The notes: generated from the sequence alone by a model not told the origin. 64,000 bases of DNA from Octopus sinensis (GCF_006345805.1 NC_043009.1:49972001-50036000); one strand, 5' to 3'; positions 1 through 14,719 are shown, numbered from the stretch's first letter. Translations and numbers: made by a program.

Positions 1-377
1 TTTACCCAAAGTAAGGAACTTTTCAGCACCCCCTCATATGTGTATATTTTTTTGTCAATATGCATTGACAAAGCATTTACAAATCAATGAGAAAACCAAT
101 AAACCATTACATTCAAGCAGAAGTACTTTGTGATAGTTATTCTATACGAGTTGCACAGACAGTTCCTAGTATCTCTCATGATTAGAAAAACAGTAGAGCA
201 ATAACTGGCCCAGCACAGGCAACACCACCACTGCCATCGTTGTTTTACAAATGGTTTCCATGTAAGTATGGGTTGGAAGGGTCTGCGTACTCAGGGTTAG
301 CACATATTCAAGAGTTCTGCTCCCACAGATCACTTCCTTAATGTTGTAACCAATAACACTTATTGTTCATAAAAAGT

Positions 378-379
<2 letters not shown>

Positions 380-465
<86 letters not shown>

Positions 466-466
466 A
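380..466. repeat. (TA)n microsatellite
   Basis: About 85 bp of near-perfect TA dinucleotide with one CA interruption. Confidence 0.95.
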
Positions 467-1906
467 TAATTTATGTTGCCAGTAAATTATTCTACTGTAT
501 CAAACAGATTGAAACTGAGTTTACTGCTCTGTTGAATGACTCACTACACAGCGCATGTAATTCTCTCTGTACCTGATTTCAACATTCTATGATAAATTGG
601 CGATAAAATGCTGCCATTTCTTATCCTCATTTAAACAAAATATTTAAATTTTCAACCCATTTATCATACACAAAGAAACTAAAAGATTTCAGCTGTCTAG
701 CTAAAGTAATAACAGTTAATGAAAACCAATTGAAGTTTTAATGCTGAAAATGTTACCCACAGAACAGAATATTAATGTTAGTAAAGGGAAACTGCAGAAG
801 CCACAGCATTAAGGAAAGCACCTCTAGATGGTTACTTCAACCTGCTAAAAATAGCGGCTAAATCTACCTTAAATCATACCCTATTTATGGTTTTTAAAAT
901 GGAGGGATGCACTGAATAATATAATTTCAGATAATATTAAACAGACTTGATTGTCACAGTTGGGATGTTTTGGATTATAAATTTGCTGTAACATGGTAAA
1001 CCTAGGGTTTAACAACAACAGCAATAATATTACTGAAAACAAAAATAAACAAAAAACCCCTCAGATTCAGTGGGAGTGAGTGAGGTTTTAATGCAATGAT
1101 TCGATGAATTAAAGGCAGTGAGAGTCATAACATCATATCTTAAACAATGTTTAAGAGTGAGAAAGAATGACAGATGAATAGACAAACAGATAACATAGAG
1201 AGAGACAGACAGATGGATGGACAATGATAATTAAACAAAAGCCAAAGCTGGTGGAAATTATTTTGCTCAGTATTTGGTGGTGGTTGTAATTGAGTGGGAG
1301 GAAGCAGAAGGTTAACAGTAAGGTCTATAGACACAACTGAACTTAATGGGAAGCCTAATTTGACAGTTTCAGAACCTCCAAGGATTTGCAAGGTTCATAT
1401 ATTTGGGCAGAGAAGTGGGGGTAATGCCAAACGTGGTGGTGGTGGCAGCAGTGAAGAAGTCAGGGTAAGGAGAAGACTGCTAACTAGAATCTCTGGAAAA
1501 TACTGGTACTGCCATTAAAAAATATATATAACCCCCACCTATGCAGACACATATAGCATCCTTGATCTTGACAAAGGATTAACTTTTGTAAATTGTCCTG
1601 AAATTTACTGTAGACATAAAACATTGGAATTGTCTGTTATTGCTGTATAATCCAACTATTGTGAGCTTTTAGAAGAGAAATAGATCCAGGGAGCCAGGGC
1701 TCTTCCTCATCAGCTCCAAGTGAATCAGGAGTCGTAAAACTTTTGCTCTTGTTTTACTTCTTCTGATTTTGGTTTTCTATTTTTATTATTCTTTTAATCA
1801 GACTTATGAGAATATTGTGATCCAGGGTGGCTTAAGGAAAGCTACTTTTGCTGCCCCTCCATGTTTACCTTCGCAATTACAAATATACATACATACATAT
1901 ATATAC

Positions 1907-1975
<69 letters not shown>

Positions 1976-3373
1976 CATACATGCACTGCAGACAATGGAA
2001 TTTTTCCACAAAGACAAAGACTACAAATAAGATGAGGATAAGATAAAGGAAAGACACATACCCATACAAGTATTAAGAGATGTTCTGATAGACATTCTCA
2101 TAAAAATAATGCTACGACTAAGAAAACAAAACAGAGATGCACATATAACACTCCATGTCACCAATACCTACAAGCATGTATGTATGTGCGAGAAAGTGCA
2201 TGCATATATGCATATATGTGTATATACATATGCACACACAATCATGAGTATTACAGTTGTTCAGCATTTTTACACACATTTATCCACAATATAGACAAAT
2301 ATAGTGAACTGTATGCATGCATGCACAAACATGCAGAGGTAGAACTATAGAAAGGCAGGAAAATGATAAAGATTTGAACATACACTACTTGTTTTAAAAT
2401 CACTCTCATACATGCGCGTGCACACACACACACACACCTTTCAAAACACAAGCACCTGATTACCTTTAAGATGTTCCAGAGAACATAAACACAAACAATA
2501 TTTTTTGGGGAAAAAATGTAGTGATAGAAGCTGTAAGAAGGCAAGGTCAAACAGTGAAAGAAGGAGACTGCAGTGAAGAATAATAAAAAAGGAAAGCCTT
2601 AATTATTGGCAGTAGTGGAAGAGGTTTGATCTATGTGACAACTTGATGTTAACATCAGAGACAAGGTACACCATGTCCCATCACAGCTCCCTCCATTGAC
2701 ATGAGACGCTCACATACACACACACACATGCTTCAAGTCAAAAGGAGAGAACATTTATGTCAACTGGAAACAAGTGAATGTCCGTTGGCACAAATCTCTT
2801 GATATTTTATTCATTTAAGCAGAACCCAAAAGATTTTGGTGCAAGGGGTGGTAGGTAATGAGTGGACGGAAAAGGGGTGCAGGGAAGGAAAAGCAGTGAA
2901 CATGTGACAACTTTGCAGTAGAAAATCGTAAACTCCAGTTTGGACATCTCTATTTATGAGTTCAGGAAATTTATCTTTCTTATGTTGTCAACTTACAAAG
3001 AGTAACCAACAATTCATCCGTATAGACCAGAATGTGTGTGTGTATGTGTGTGTGTGTTTGTATTGTGTGCGCACGTTTGTGCCAGGTACAGCTGCTTAAA
3101 CTAATTCTGTGTCATGACAGCCTGAAGGGTGGATGGTCCATATTAAGACAAAGAGCATTGCATTGAATCTAAGGCTACAATATTTATATCCCAATAGAGC
3201 AAGCTGGTCTACTTCTAAGCAAGTATCATGTATAGAAAAATACACATCTGATAGTACAGATCACCAGTTGACATATGTTGGTCATTTTTTCATTTTTGTG
3301 AGCTGACATCAAAACACATCATAGGTATAGCATGGAGAAATTTGGCTTATACAAAGTAAATTTGTTCTCTCTC

Positions 3374-3735
3374 TTTTTACTCTTTTACTCTTTTACTTGT
3401 TTCAGTCATTTTGACTGCGGCCATGCTGGAGCAGCACCTTTAGTCGAGCAAATCGACCCAGTACTTATTCTATCGGTCTCTTTTTGCCGAACCGCTAAGT
3501 GACGGAGACGTAAACACACCAGCATCGGTTGTCAAGCACATACACACAGACACACACACACACATATATATATGACAGGCTTTTTTCAGTTTCTGTCTAC
3601 CAAATCCATTCACAAGGCATTGGTCGGCCCAGGGCTATAATAGAAGACACATGCCCAAGATGCCACGCAGTGGGACTGAACCCAGAACCATGTGGTTGGT
3701 TAGCAAGCTACTTACCACACAGCCACTCCTGCGCC
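3374..3735 (-). mobile_element. tRNA-derived SINE family A (CORE-like), near full length with short internal deletion
   Basis: Reverse complement reads tRNA-like head (GCAGGAGTGGCTGTGTGG...GGTTCAGTCCCAC), CORE-like TCTTGGGCATGTGTCTTCT, internal CA/TA tract, and (GTAAAAGA)n tail. Colinear with copies at 15768 and 63007; lacks about 20-25 bp between two CCC..ACTTATTCT repeats. Confidence 0.9.
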
Positions 3736-3814
3736 TATAGGTATCCTGTTCTATAGATATTATATGAAGACAAGTATCCAGTTGTGCTCTAATGGCCAGA
3801 ACACATTGCCTCCC

Positions 3815-4986
3815 TTATTCAATTAAAAATTCAAATATTCGACACATTAGGACACATGTAAGATGGTATAATTAAGAAAATTGCTTTATGATAATATGGC
3901 TCTAGATCTGACCTTACTTTTGGTCAAATGTCTTCTACCATGGATTATGGTTGGCAGATACCATATGTATGAAATTTAGTACATGATAGAAAGTGTCTGG
4001 AAGATAATCCTAAACATACACATATGCATATATGGTGGGAATCAGCACATTTGAACAGAAATACCATGTGGCATTCACATCCAGCTTAGTTATTTCACTT
4101 TAAACCAATGTTTATATCTTAATAGCATATATATATATATATATATATATAATGTGACCGCGTGTGTACCGTTGGCGATTTTTTCCCTCTGTCTTCCCTT
4201 CTCTTTGGTCGGCCCGAGGCTATAGTAGCAGACACTTGCCCAAGATGCCACGCAGTGGGACTGAACCCAGAACCATGTGGTTGGTAAGCAAGCTACTTAC
4301 CACACAGCCAATCCTGCACCTATATATAAAAATAAATAAATAAACGCACTAATCGAATTATATGTAATTGTCCAAATCATATATATATATATATACACAC
4401 ACACACATATATATGCATGTATGTGTATACATGTGTGTGTAAGTGCACATACATATGTTTGTATGTATATATATCATTCATTTTACATCCCATTTTCTAT
4501 GCTAGTATTTAGAGTAAGTTTTTTACAAGATGTTCAGCAAGGCAACTTGTGGTAAATTTTTTCATATTTAGAGTAAGTTTTTTAAATCTGTTTTGAGGTC
4601 CACTCTTTCCATTGTGGATTCAAATAGGTATAAAGTCATAGTATAGGTTATGTATGTATAAAGATCATTGTTTTACATTCGTTTTCCATGCTGGCATTGA
4701 CTGGTTGCATGATCATTATTCTTCTAGAAGGATTGGATGATGATATCTTACCCAAATTTGGGCTTGGCTTCAACAGCTGGATGCTCTTTCTAATGCTAAC
4801 CACTTTTACAGAGTGTAATAAGTGCACTAGAGAAGACAAGAGTGAGAGAGTAACATACAAATATATACAAACAAACACACACATACACACACACAAATAT
4901 ACACTCTCTGATAATGGACTCATCTTAAACAATACAGTTCAGTCACAAATATTTGCCAACACATACATTGTATAGCAAATTCCAAA
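3815..4986 (+). repeat. Tandem duplication 1, copy A (about 1172 bp)
   Basis: Near-identical to 4987-6164; identical 94/95-aa ORFs at 4648/5826 and 4688/5866 in the ORF track. Confidence 0.95.
4204..4320 (-). mobile_element. SINE family A, 5' half (head plus CORE-like domain)
   Basis: GGCTATAGTAGCAGACACTTGCCCAAGATGCCACGCAGTGGGACTGAACCC matches the reverse complement of the 63007 copy. Confidence 0.9.
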
Positions 4987-5295
4987 TTATTCAATAAAAA
5001 TTCAAATATTCGACACATTAGGACACATGTAAGATGGTATAATTAAGAAAATTGCTTTATGATAATATGGCTCTAGATCTGACCTTACTTTTGGTCAAAT
5101 GTCTTCTACCATGGATTATGGTTGGCAGATACCATATGTATGAAATTTAGTACATGATAGAAAGTGTCTGGAAGATAATCCTAAACATACACATATGCAT
5201 ATATGGTGGGAATCAGCACATTTGAACAGAAATACCATGTGGCATTCACATCCAGCTTAGTTATTTCACTTTAAACCAATGTTTATATCTTAATA

Positions 5296-5330
<35 letters not shown>

Positions 5331-6164
5331 GTGACCGCGTGTTTACCGTTGGCGATTTTTTCCCTCTGTCTTCCCTTCTCTTTGGTCGGCCGAAGGCTAT
5401 AGTAGCAGACACTTGCCCAAGATGCCACGCAGTGGGACTGAACCCAGAACCATGTGGTTGGTAAGCAAGCTACTTACCACACAGCCAATCCTGCACCTAT
5501 ATATATAAATAAATAAATAAACGCACTAATCGAATTATATGTAATTGTCCAAATCATATATATATATATATACACACACACACATATATATGCATGTATG
5601 TGTATACATGTGTGTGTAAGTGCACATACATATGTTTGTATGTATATATATTCATTCATTTTACATCCCATTTTCTATGCTAGTATTTAGAGTAAGTTTT
5701 TTACAAGATGTTCAGCAAGGCAACTTGTGGTAAATTTTTTCATATTTAGAGTAAGTTTTTTAAATCTGTTTTGAGGTCCACTCTTTCCATTGTGGATTCA
5801 AATAGGTATAAAGTCATAGTATAGGTTATGTATGTATAAAGATCATTGTTTTACATTCGTTTTCCATGCTGGCATTGACTGGTTGCATGATCATTATTCT
5901 TCTAGAAGGATTGGATGATGATATCTTACCCAAATTTGGGCTTGGCTTCAACAGCTGGATGCTCTTTCTAATGCTAACCACTTTTACAGAGTGTAATAAG
6001 TGCACTAGAGAAGACAAGAGTGAGAGAGTAACATACAAATATATACAAACAAACACACACATACACACACACAAATATACACTCTCTGATAATGGACTCA
6101 TCTTAAACAATACAGTTCAGTCACAAATATTTGCCAACACATACATTGTATAGCAAATTCCAAA
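4987..6164 (+). repeat. Tandem duplication 1, copy B (about 1178 bp)
   Basis: Same sequence as 3815-4986 apart from a few substitutions and microsatellite length changes. Confidence 0.95.
5381..5497 (-). mobile_element. SINE family A, 5' half (duplicated with tandem duplication 1)
   Basis: Counterpart of 4204-4320. Confidence 0.9.
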
Positions 6165-6225
6165 TTATTCAATAAAATTCATTTTTATTGTTGTGGTAGT
6201 GCATACACACATGCATACAAATAGA

Positions 6226-6242
6226 CAGATAGATAGATAGAT

Positions 6243-6334
<92 letters not shown>
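6226..6334. repeat. (GATA)n microsatellite
   Basis: Over 20 GATA units with a short TA interruption. Confidence 0.95.
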
Positions 6335-6744
6335 GGGTAATAATATTAATCTAGATTTGTTTAAACAAACAGAAACATATTGACTGTGTATTTATTAAAA
6401 TATAAGGATATCATTCGATGCACACAAATACACAGATACACACTTTGTCAGTGTCTATCACCGTAAACAAACATAGACACATCAAACTATCTTGTCGCAC
6501 AGCGTTAAGTTATTTACATATTTTATGTTGTTAATATGTCAATGTTGCAATATAATATATATTCACACACACACACACACACACACAATAACACACACAC
6601 ACACACACAAATACACACACACACACACACAGAGAAATATATGTACATTATTATAAATGCATTATTTTTATGTGTGTATGTGTAAATACATATATGTATG
6701 CACATGCATATACGCTCATACAAATGTATACATACATGTTTTTA

Positions 6745-7145
6745 TATGAAAATACAAATACACACACACACATATATGTATACACACACATATATGTAAA
6801 TACACACACACATATATGTATACACACACACACATGTATGTATACACATACACATATGTATACACACACACATATATGTATACACACACATATATGTATA
6901 CACACACATATATGTATACACATACACATATATGTATACACACATATATGTATACACACACATATATGTATACACATACACATATATGTATACACACATA
7001 TATGTATACACATACACATATATGTATACACACATATATGTATACACATACACATATACGTATACACGCACACATACATGTATACACACACATATATGTA
7101 TATACACACACACACACACATATATATGTATACACATACACATAT
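6745..7145. repeat. Compound CA/TA minisatellite (CATATATGTATACACACA-type 18-24 bp units)
   Basis: Repeated CATATATGTATACAC motif; generates the YT/VC low-complexity ORFs in all frames. Confidence 0.9.
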
Positions 7146-7359
7146 TCACAAGTACATCTCCACATAGACATGCATGTCCACACACACACAGCCAAACACC
7201 TCCCTTTATTTCCTATATATAGCATAAACATACTAATGGCTGGACATTAATGCCACCATCAAAAATATTTTTAAAAAAAAGAGAAAAAAAAAAACTCCAT
7301 TCATTCTCACATGTATCATATGTACATTAATGTATAGACATATGGTGCACAAAGGCCAA

Positions 7360-7400
<41 letters not shown>

Positions 7401-7896
7401 ACATGCACACACACACACATCAGCTTGCATATAGATATTCACATACACATACATATATAGAATGCATGCACATTAACACATGCCTACACAGACCATGCTT
7501 GCTAATTCAATGACCCTTTCACTACTCTTTTTTAAAAAAAAAAAGTCAGATAACATTCAGTTGGTATCAAAATAAAAGGCCGGTTGAGATTTTCTAGAAT
7601 AGTTATATTGCTCAGGAGGGGAACAGTAAGCAGGATCGTGGGGAGATGGGGGGGTGACTTTAAAGCAGATAACTGTTGATAGTATATACACATCATACAC
7701 ATGGCCACCCACACAATACCATCATAGTCATATAACAGTATATATAGCAAAGATCACCCATAGATTTGTAGGAAACTATTGACTGAATTAGTAGAAGCTA
7801 GCTCTCTCTCTGTCTGTCTTTCTCTCTTTCACACATACACACACACTCACATATATACAATACAGCTATTAATCACACACATACACAAACACACAT

Positions 7897-7943
<47 letters not shown>

Positions 7944-8735
7944 CATATTTAGTATGTGGCTGACAGATTCCCAACAGACAGAAAGATAAGATAAAAACCT
8001 ATTATCACAGAATTTATCAGACAATTTATCAGCCGTTTAAAACAAAATAAAATAAAAATTCAAATAAAAAATACTGAGAGAAAGGGTAAGGGGTTATAAG
8101 AAAGAACACAACACAAACACATACATATGAACATACGCTTCTGTGTATGTATATATATATATAAATATATATGTGTGTGTGTGTGTGTGTGTGTATATGT
8201 ACAAATACATACACATTTCACTATCATGAGCACCATCACTAACATCATATTAAGCTTCACAATCCCTTTCTCTTAAATACACCTAAGGGGCAGTCACAGG
8301 CAGAGTGTGAAGAAATAAAAATAAGTATAGGAATAGTTTGTGTGCATATGTGTGTGTGTGTGCATGAGAGAGAGAGAAAGAGAGAAAGTGAGAGAGAATG
8401 GCTATTCATATAGAAGGCAGTGGGTATCAGAATAAATATTTGGAAAAAAACATACTTGTTGGTTTTGCGTTGTATTCAGTGTTACTAATTGTCTTTAATG
8501 AAACAGTGGCTGATGAAGTAAATAGTTGGTGAAATTACAAGATGTTCAGCAAAGCAACTTGTGGTAAATTTTTTCATATTTAGAGTAAGTTTTTAAAATC
8601 TGTTTTGAGGTCCACTCTTTCTATTGCTGAATTCAAATAGGTATAAAGTCATAGTACTAGCTGCAGGCTGAGTTGTTGGGTACTCTCAGTTATTAAATAT
8701 CTTGCACTGAATTAAAATTCTTTGGTCTGGATTCA

Positions 8736-8788
<53 letters not shown>

Positions 8789-9017
8789 TATATACAAACA
8801 CATATATTCACTGAACCATACTGTCTGTTACTCAGGATAGCATTAATCCTGTCTAATCTACCAATCTCTCTGACACTAATTTTCCTAATCACTCTACGAT
8901 GCCACCCATGTAGCACAGGATGATACTGGATTTATCCATATTCAGTTTATCCTGCCACCATCTTTATCACTTAACTTATCTTGCCCACAATGTGGCACCT
9001 CTCTCACTCTCTCCCTG

Positions 9018-9114
<97 letters not shown>

Positions 9115-9115
9115 C

Positions 9116-9152
<37 letters not shown>

Positions 9153-9879
9153 AGATATTGCATTTTAAATATTTGTATATGACACATTCCTCCAATGGTC
9201 AATCTTATCATTAACCGCCTCAGTCACTATTCATTATTTCTCTTTCTTCCAACTTCTTACTTGCAACACAGTGCTTCTATCAACATACTCTCACACTCAG
9301 CATTTACCCATTCTGGTTTTTCTATCATCAACGTCTCTACAATTTCCTGTGCTGATAAGTATAGTAGTCGAGGACTCTTACAATATAGAAGGTGAACTCA
9401 TTAGTGTTAGATCCATGATAAAATGCCACCAATAGCATTTTGTAAACTAGTTGGTAAAATAGTTTAGTCAGTACAGGGTTGAGAGGCTCCTTGACAACCT
9501 CTCTACCTATATTGTGATGATAAAATACACCAATGACACTCTGAGTGTAATTGGTCATATGAAGGGTATCCAGCCAAGGAAATCAAGCCTTAAATGAAAT
9601 ATACAAGTGACACATGGTCCTTGTATCCATAATGCAAAGCAGTAAACTCCAAGAGAACTGACTTGGACAAAGAAAATTTGTCCAATACATGGCAGTATAG
9701 ACTAGCAGACACCTGATGATGATGATGGTGATGATGATGACAGCAATATAATGATGACACTGTCAAAGATAATTATACATACCAGCAAACATTGCAGTTG
9801 TTACCAAAACCTGACACTCTGTGAATGAATAACTAGAAACAAATTGTATGGTTCAGTGAAATTATTGTTTCTAATGTAG

Positions 9880-10082
9880 ACACAAGGCCAGCAATTTTAA
9901 GGAGAGAGGATTAGTTGATACTATCTACTCCAATATTTGACTGGCATTATATTTTATGTAATTTGGAGGGATGAAAGAATAAGTTGATAGACAGGATTTG
10001 AACTCAGAATGTAAAGAGCTGGAACGGATACCACATGGTATTTTTATCTATGTCCCAATGATTCTGCCAGCTCACCACCTCA
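9880..10082 (-). mobile_element. Degenerate SINE family B copy
   Basis: GGATGAAAGAATAAGTTGA...GATTTGAACTCAGAATGTAA...TTCTGCCAGCTCACC aligns loosely to 18604-18828. Confidence 0.55.
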
Positions 10083-10323
10083 ATGGTTCAGTGAAATAAT
10101 GAAGATTAGTTTACATCCTCTATATGTTATCTCTAACAATATAATGACATTATGTGAATGCTTGTAATGATGTTAAGAGGGGGGAGAAGAGGGGAAGTCT
10201 GCCCAGTTGGTATGGGTCCTTCAAGTTCAGAAATTGTTTCTTTAAATTCAGAATGGAAAATTTATGTAACGAACATTGCTACCACTACCACCTTAGCCAT
10301 CTCTATCTCTCTCTCTCTCACAT

Positions 10324-10356
<33 letters not shown>

Positions 10357-10969
10357 TGCACACACACACCACATGCACACACATGTACACACACACGCAC
10401 ACACACACACATGCATTAGGAGCCAATAAGGAAGCCTCTACATGGATGCCAAAACCAGCTAGATATAGCAGCCAAAAGACAGAACACATTGGATGATGTA
10501 CTCCTATGTACACCATACCTGAATAAAAATGTGACTGGGATTCTCACAGCTGAAACACCTTCAAATACAGATATGCCCTAAGGCTACACAACAACATCAG
10601 CATCAACCGATACAACAATAACAGTTTTCTTATCATTCAATGTTCTGTTTATTTATCCAGAATCCTCTCAGAAAAATAGAGAAGAAAATATATTAGTTAT
10701 TTTTGTTTTATTTTTTACCAAGTGTATTTGCTGATTTCTCCCTTTCTTTGCTCCCTTTCTTGTAACATCCATAACACACATACATACACAGGGGTACAAT
10801 GTTTATACTAATTATATATACTTACAACTGTATAATTATTGTTGGGGGGGGGAAACAAAAAGGAAAAAGCAATAATTATGGGCCCATGTAGGAGGTGTGA
10901 TGGCTGACAGTATATGACACACACACATACTCTCACACATACATAGACATGTATGTGTGTGTGTGTGTA

Positions 10970-11012
<43 letters not shown>

Positions 11013-12004
11013 GCATATCCACACCTACACACTCTTACATTCCAACATAAAAGCATTTGTATAAAGGCATTTAAAACCACATAAGCTCATACGTACACAG
11101 ACAAAAATAGATAATTAACCTGGAAGACAAGAAAATGTTTCCATTAGCTTTCTGGTCAACCACCTACTGGTGGGTTATTTTGCTTAAACTGAGAGGCTGG
11201 ACATCAACAAAACAGTTGTGGATCAGTAGTTGATAAAGGCCACTGCACATTCTAAATAGACAGCCAATTAACCACAGGATTTCCTTCACACCCTGCTCCT
11301 TTTTTTTTTTACACTAAAATACTCCCAAAGAACACTGTATTTGTTAGATTTGTTTTCTTTAATGTTTGTAATTTTCTTGTTTGTTGCTGCATTTTCTTTT
11401 GAAGTGGGAGGAGATCTTGAACTTGTTCACTTTGTCAGCATCAATGATGGAGCAGCTGGTTAGTTTACTATTCAATTGGTTTATGTTTTAGTATAAAGAC
11501 CAAAAGCAGAATGGTGGGAAAGTTACTGTACATGTTACATGTCATGGACTGTCAGAGGTGGGAGAAGGCCAGGTGCATATGAAACCTGTCCAAAGAGGAT
11601 TGTGGAAAGTGAGAAGTTGGATATGGTATCAGACACTGAAAGGTCACGAGATTTTTGTCTAGTCCACAAGATTGAACATTATTCTTAGTCATGATACTTA
11701 TCTCAAGATGTTTCAGAACAGAGTGTTAGCTGAGTATTGAGTGATAATAAGAAAAAGAGATGACACAAGAAAAAACAATGGTTATATTATGGACTTCATT
11801 AGCAGTGGATTTGTAACTGAGTATTTGAATAACATCTTATGGCTTCATTAGAGCCTCAAATATGAAGAACAATTTATTTGGGAAAAAAGAATTACAGTTG
11901 TGTGATACACAGGGAAGGCATTATCAGTGAGAAAGTCATTGCTGGTGTATATAAAAAAGTGTATGTCGAAAAGAAAATTAGATTTGTTATATATGTGTAT
12001 ATAT

Positions 12005-12412
12005 CTTGATTTGTTTCAGTCATTTGACTATGGCCTGCTGGGGAACTGCCTTGAAGGGTCCAGTCGAACAAATCAACACTAAGACTTACTCTTTCCTCTA
12101 AGCATGGTACTTATTCTATCGGTCTGTTTTTGCCACACTGCTTAGTTACAGGGATGTAAATGCACCAACACTGGTTGTGAAGCAGTGATGGGGGACAAAC
12201 ATAAACAGAAAACATGCACACATAGATAAAAAGATAATACATATATATGTAATGAGGTTCTTTCAGTTTTCATCTACCAAATCCACTCACAAGGCTTTGG
12301 TTAGCTCGAGGCTATAGTAGAAGACACTTGACCAAGGTACCACAAGGTGGGGCTGAACCCAGGACCTTGTGGTTGGGAAGCAAGCTTCTTATATATATAT
12401 CCACGCCTGTGC
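12005..12412 (-). mobile_element. SINE family A, diverged full-length copy
   Basis: TTGTTTCAGTCATTTGACT tail, TACTTATTCTATCGGTC, TCTACCAAATCCACTCACAAGGCTTTGG and head remnants in the family order. Confidence 0.85.
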
Positions 12413-12413
12413 C

Positions 12414-12450
<37 letters not shown>

Positions 12451-12452
<2 letters not shown>

Positions 12453-12527
12453 CGTCCAACCCATGCTAGCATGGAAAACGGACGCTAAACGATGATGAAT
12501 GATGATGATGATGATGATGATGATGAT
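12451..12527 (+). mobile_element. Short 3' end of RTE-associated (GAT)n-tailed element
   Basis: CCGTCCAACCCATGCTAGCATGGAAAACGGACGCTAAACGATGATG, same terminus as 22870, 60522 and 61366. Confidence 0.8.
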
Positions 12528-12648
12528 ATATCCTTTGTGTTCTGGTTTTGATTTTATTTGATATATTCCCTCTCACCTCTGCCACTATCTGGCATATACA
12601 GGTGCTTACACTTATTAAGTATTCACCATAAATTTACAGTACCTACTT

Positions 12649-12684
<36 letters not shown>

Positions 12685-13875
12685 TACACACACACACATA
12701 CACACACACGCAAAAACACACACATCAATAAAAATGGTAGTATGTATACAGACATTGAGTTTATATGTTTCTGATATTTAAAACAATCAAACATTGTTTA
12801 AACAAGTATATTTTAAAATGTTTGGATGACCCGAGATTTTATAAGAGGAGAAAATAAATGATATTGCATAATATACATTAGTTTCTAGCTTGTATTCAGA
12901 AAGTCCATGAAGTGAATTTACTAAAATTGCAAGGATAAGTGATAGTGTTGTCAGCACCATATCTCAATTTGACAGTGCTTATAAAAACTGTTTAGAAAAT
13001 TTAGGTTTGTGACTCAGCAGTTGAACTGAATTGCTCAGTTGCATTGCACTTATTGCTGAGAGAAGAAATCAAAGCGATTTATGCTAAAAAATAAAAATCT
13101 TCCCCTAAAGATTTGCAGTCCAAAGATGAAACAAAAGTAATAAAGAAATTTGAAAGGCCAAAGAGAAAGAATAAAAAAACCAAAAAAACAAAACAAAACA
13201 AAACAAAAAAAAAATAAAAAAAGATCCTCCCAATATATGCAGCAAAAAAATGCAAATGATCAAAGAAACAATAGCTGGCCATGAACCCTAAGAGAAATAA
13301 AGGGTTTATATACTGCCATTATTTAGTGTTGAAACATAAAACCCCAGACATTTGATTTAGTAGCTGCTGTAACAATGACAATAGGAAATCTTTAAAGAAC
13401 ATGACAAAGCTGTTTCTATGTTACCTATCTGGTTAAGTACTGGACATTGACCAATAAATCAGGACTCAATGCCATGTTGGCAGCTATGTTTTGTACTTAG
13501 ACAACATACAACTGCTGGAATGGAGAGGTGAGATGTGGGGAGGGAAACCAGTAGAAGCAGAATGGCATTCAAATAAAGAAGCAGCCAGAATACTTATCAC
13601 TACTATGATATGTTCAGGAAAATGGACAACGATTGGAGGTTGATTAAGAAAGTCATTTATATATATAGTAGAAGAATATTAATTTAATAAACAGCAATTG
13701 CCAAAAGACCGCTCTTTAAAGAATTATTTATTTACTGTCTCCTTTATCCAGTTATCAACAATGAATCAACAGTGGTATATACATATACAGTTAAAATCAA
13801 TAAACACACATCCATGCATGCACACACACAAACACACACACACACTGACACAGCTAAATTTACACAGATTTATAT

Positions 13876-13924
<49 letters not shown>

Positions 13925-14719
13925 CACTAATATAATTATATATATATATAATATATATAATTATATATATTATTCACTATAATTATATATATATATATAT
14001 AATATATATATATATATTATTCAATAATAATATATATAATATATATAGTATGTATGTATGTATGTATCTAAAGTGCAAGGAGTATATATTGATTGACATT
14101 TATTAATAGGTATGTACAATGAGTGTTTAGATAGTTTTGCACGCCAAAACTCTGGCTTCAGGTGTAAATGGGAATGAGGTGTTGAAATTGCTTATCCAAG
14201 GTGTTTAGTACCTGATTCAGTGTGTGTAAATAGACCAAAAATGGAAGCTCGACAAGCAAATCATTTGGCATTAGTTGAGGATATTTACTTCATAATGAAG
14301 AGTACAACAAATAAAGAATAAATAAAGCATACAACAGTTACGGGAGATAAATAAAGTCTCTTGTAGCTGTTTTTGAAGACCTGAGTAAGTGGTTCATGTT
14401 AATGTGTAATGAATTCAGATAATCTAAGTATCCCATTATATATGTATAAATATAAATTTAGCAGAAAATTGAGAAATCTTGATCAACAACAATTAACTAA
14501 TCGATTATTATTTGTTAATACAAAACTTTATATATTAATCTATCTTTCCTTAATATAACCTTCTCACTCTTTAATAATACCAGTTCTTTTAACTATGAAT
14601 TTAGAATACAGAAGGTATAAGTACCCATTCCTCCACTATTACCCACCCCCAATGAGTCTGTACCTGCCACCTTAGCAATGGCTTTATTTGCAACTAACTT
14701 TACTTTCTACACCATTAGC

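Noticed and set aside
186-261. Possible plus-strand 76-nt exon ending at CAT|GTAAGT
   Set aside because: Weak acceptor and no recognisable peptide; strong donor hexamers occur by chance in 64 kb.
4648-6153. Identical 94/95-aa ORF pairs
   Set aside because: Explained by tandem duplication 1; partly CA-repeat-derived, with no recognisable domain.
6523-7250. Stacked long ORFs in several frames (also 16081-17366, 20583-21333, 24635-25399, 41053-41949, 52550-53342, 59765-60414)
   Set aside because: YI/CV/HT dipeptide runs from dinucleotide repeats.
8511-8545. CTGATGA...GAAA hammerhead-like spacing
   Set aside because: No pairable stem II and no stems I/III.
13014-13062. Hairpin CTCAGCA...TGCTGAG containing AGTTGCATTGCA (miR-33 3' half-like) and CATTGCAC (miR-92 seed-like)
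   Set aside because: Too short and asymmetric for a pre-miRNA; neither mature sequence matches over its length.
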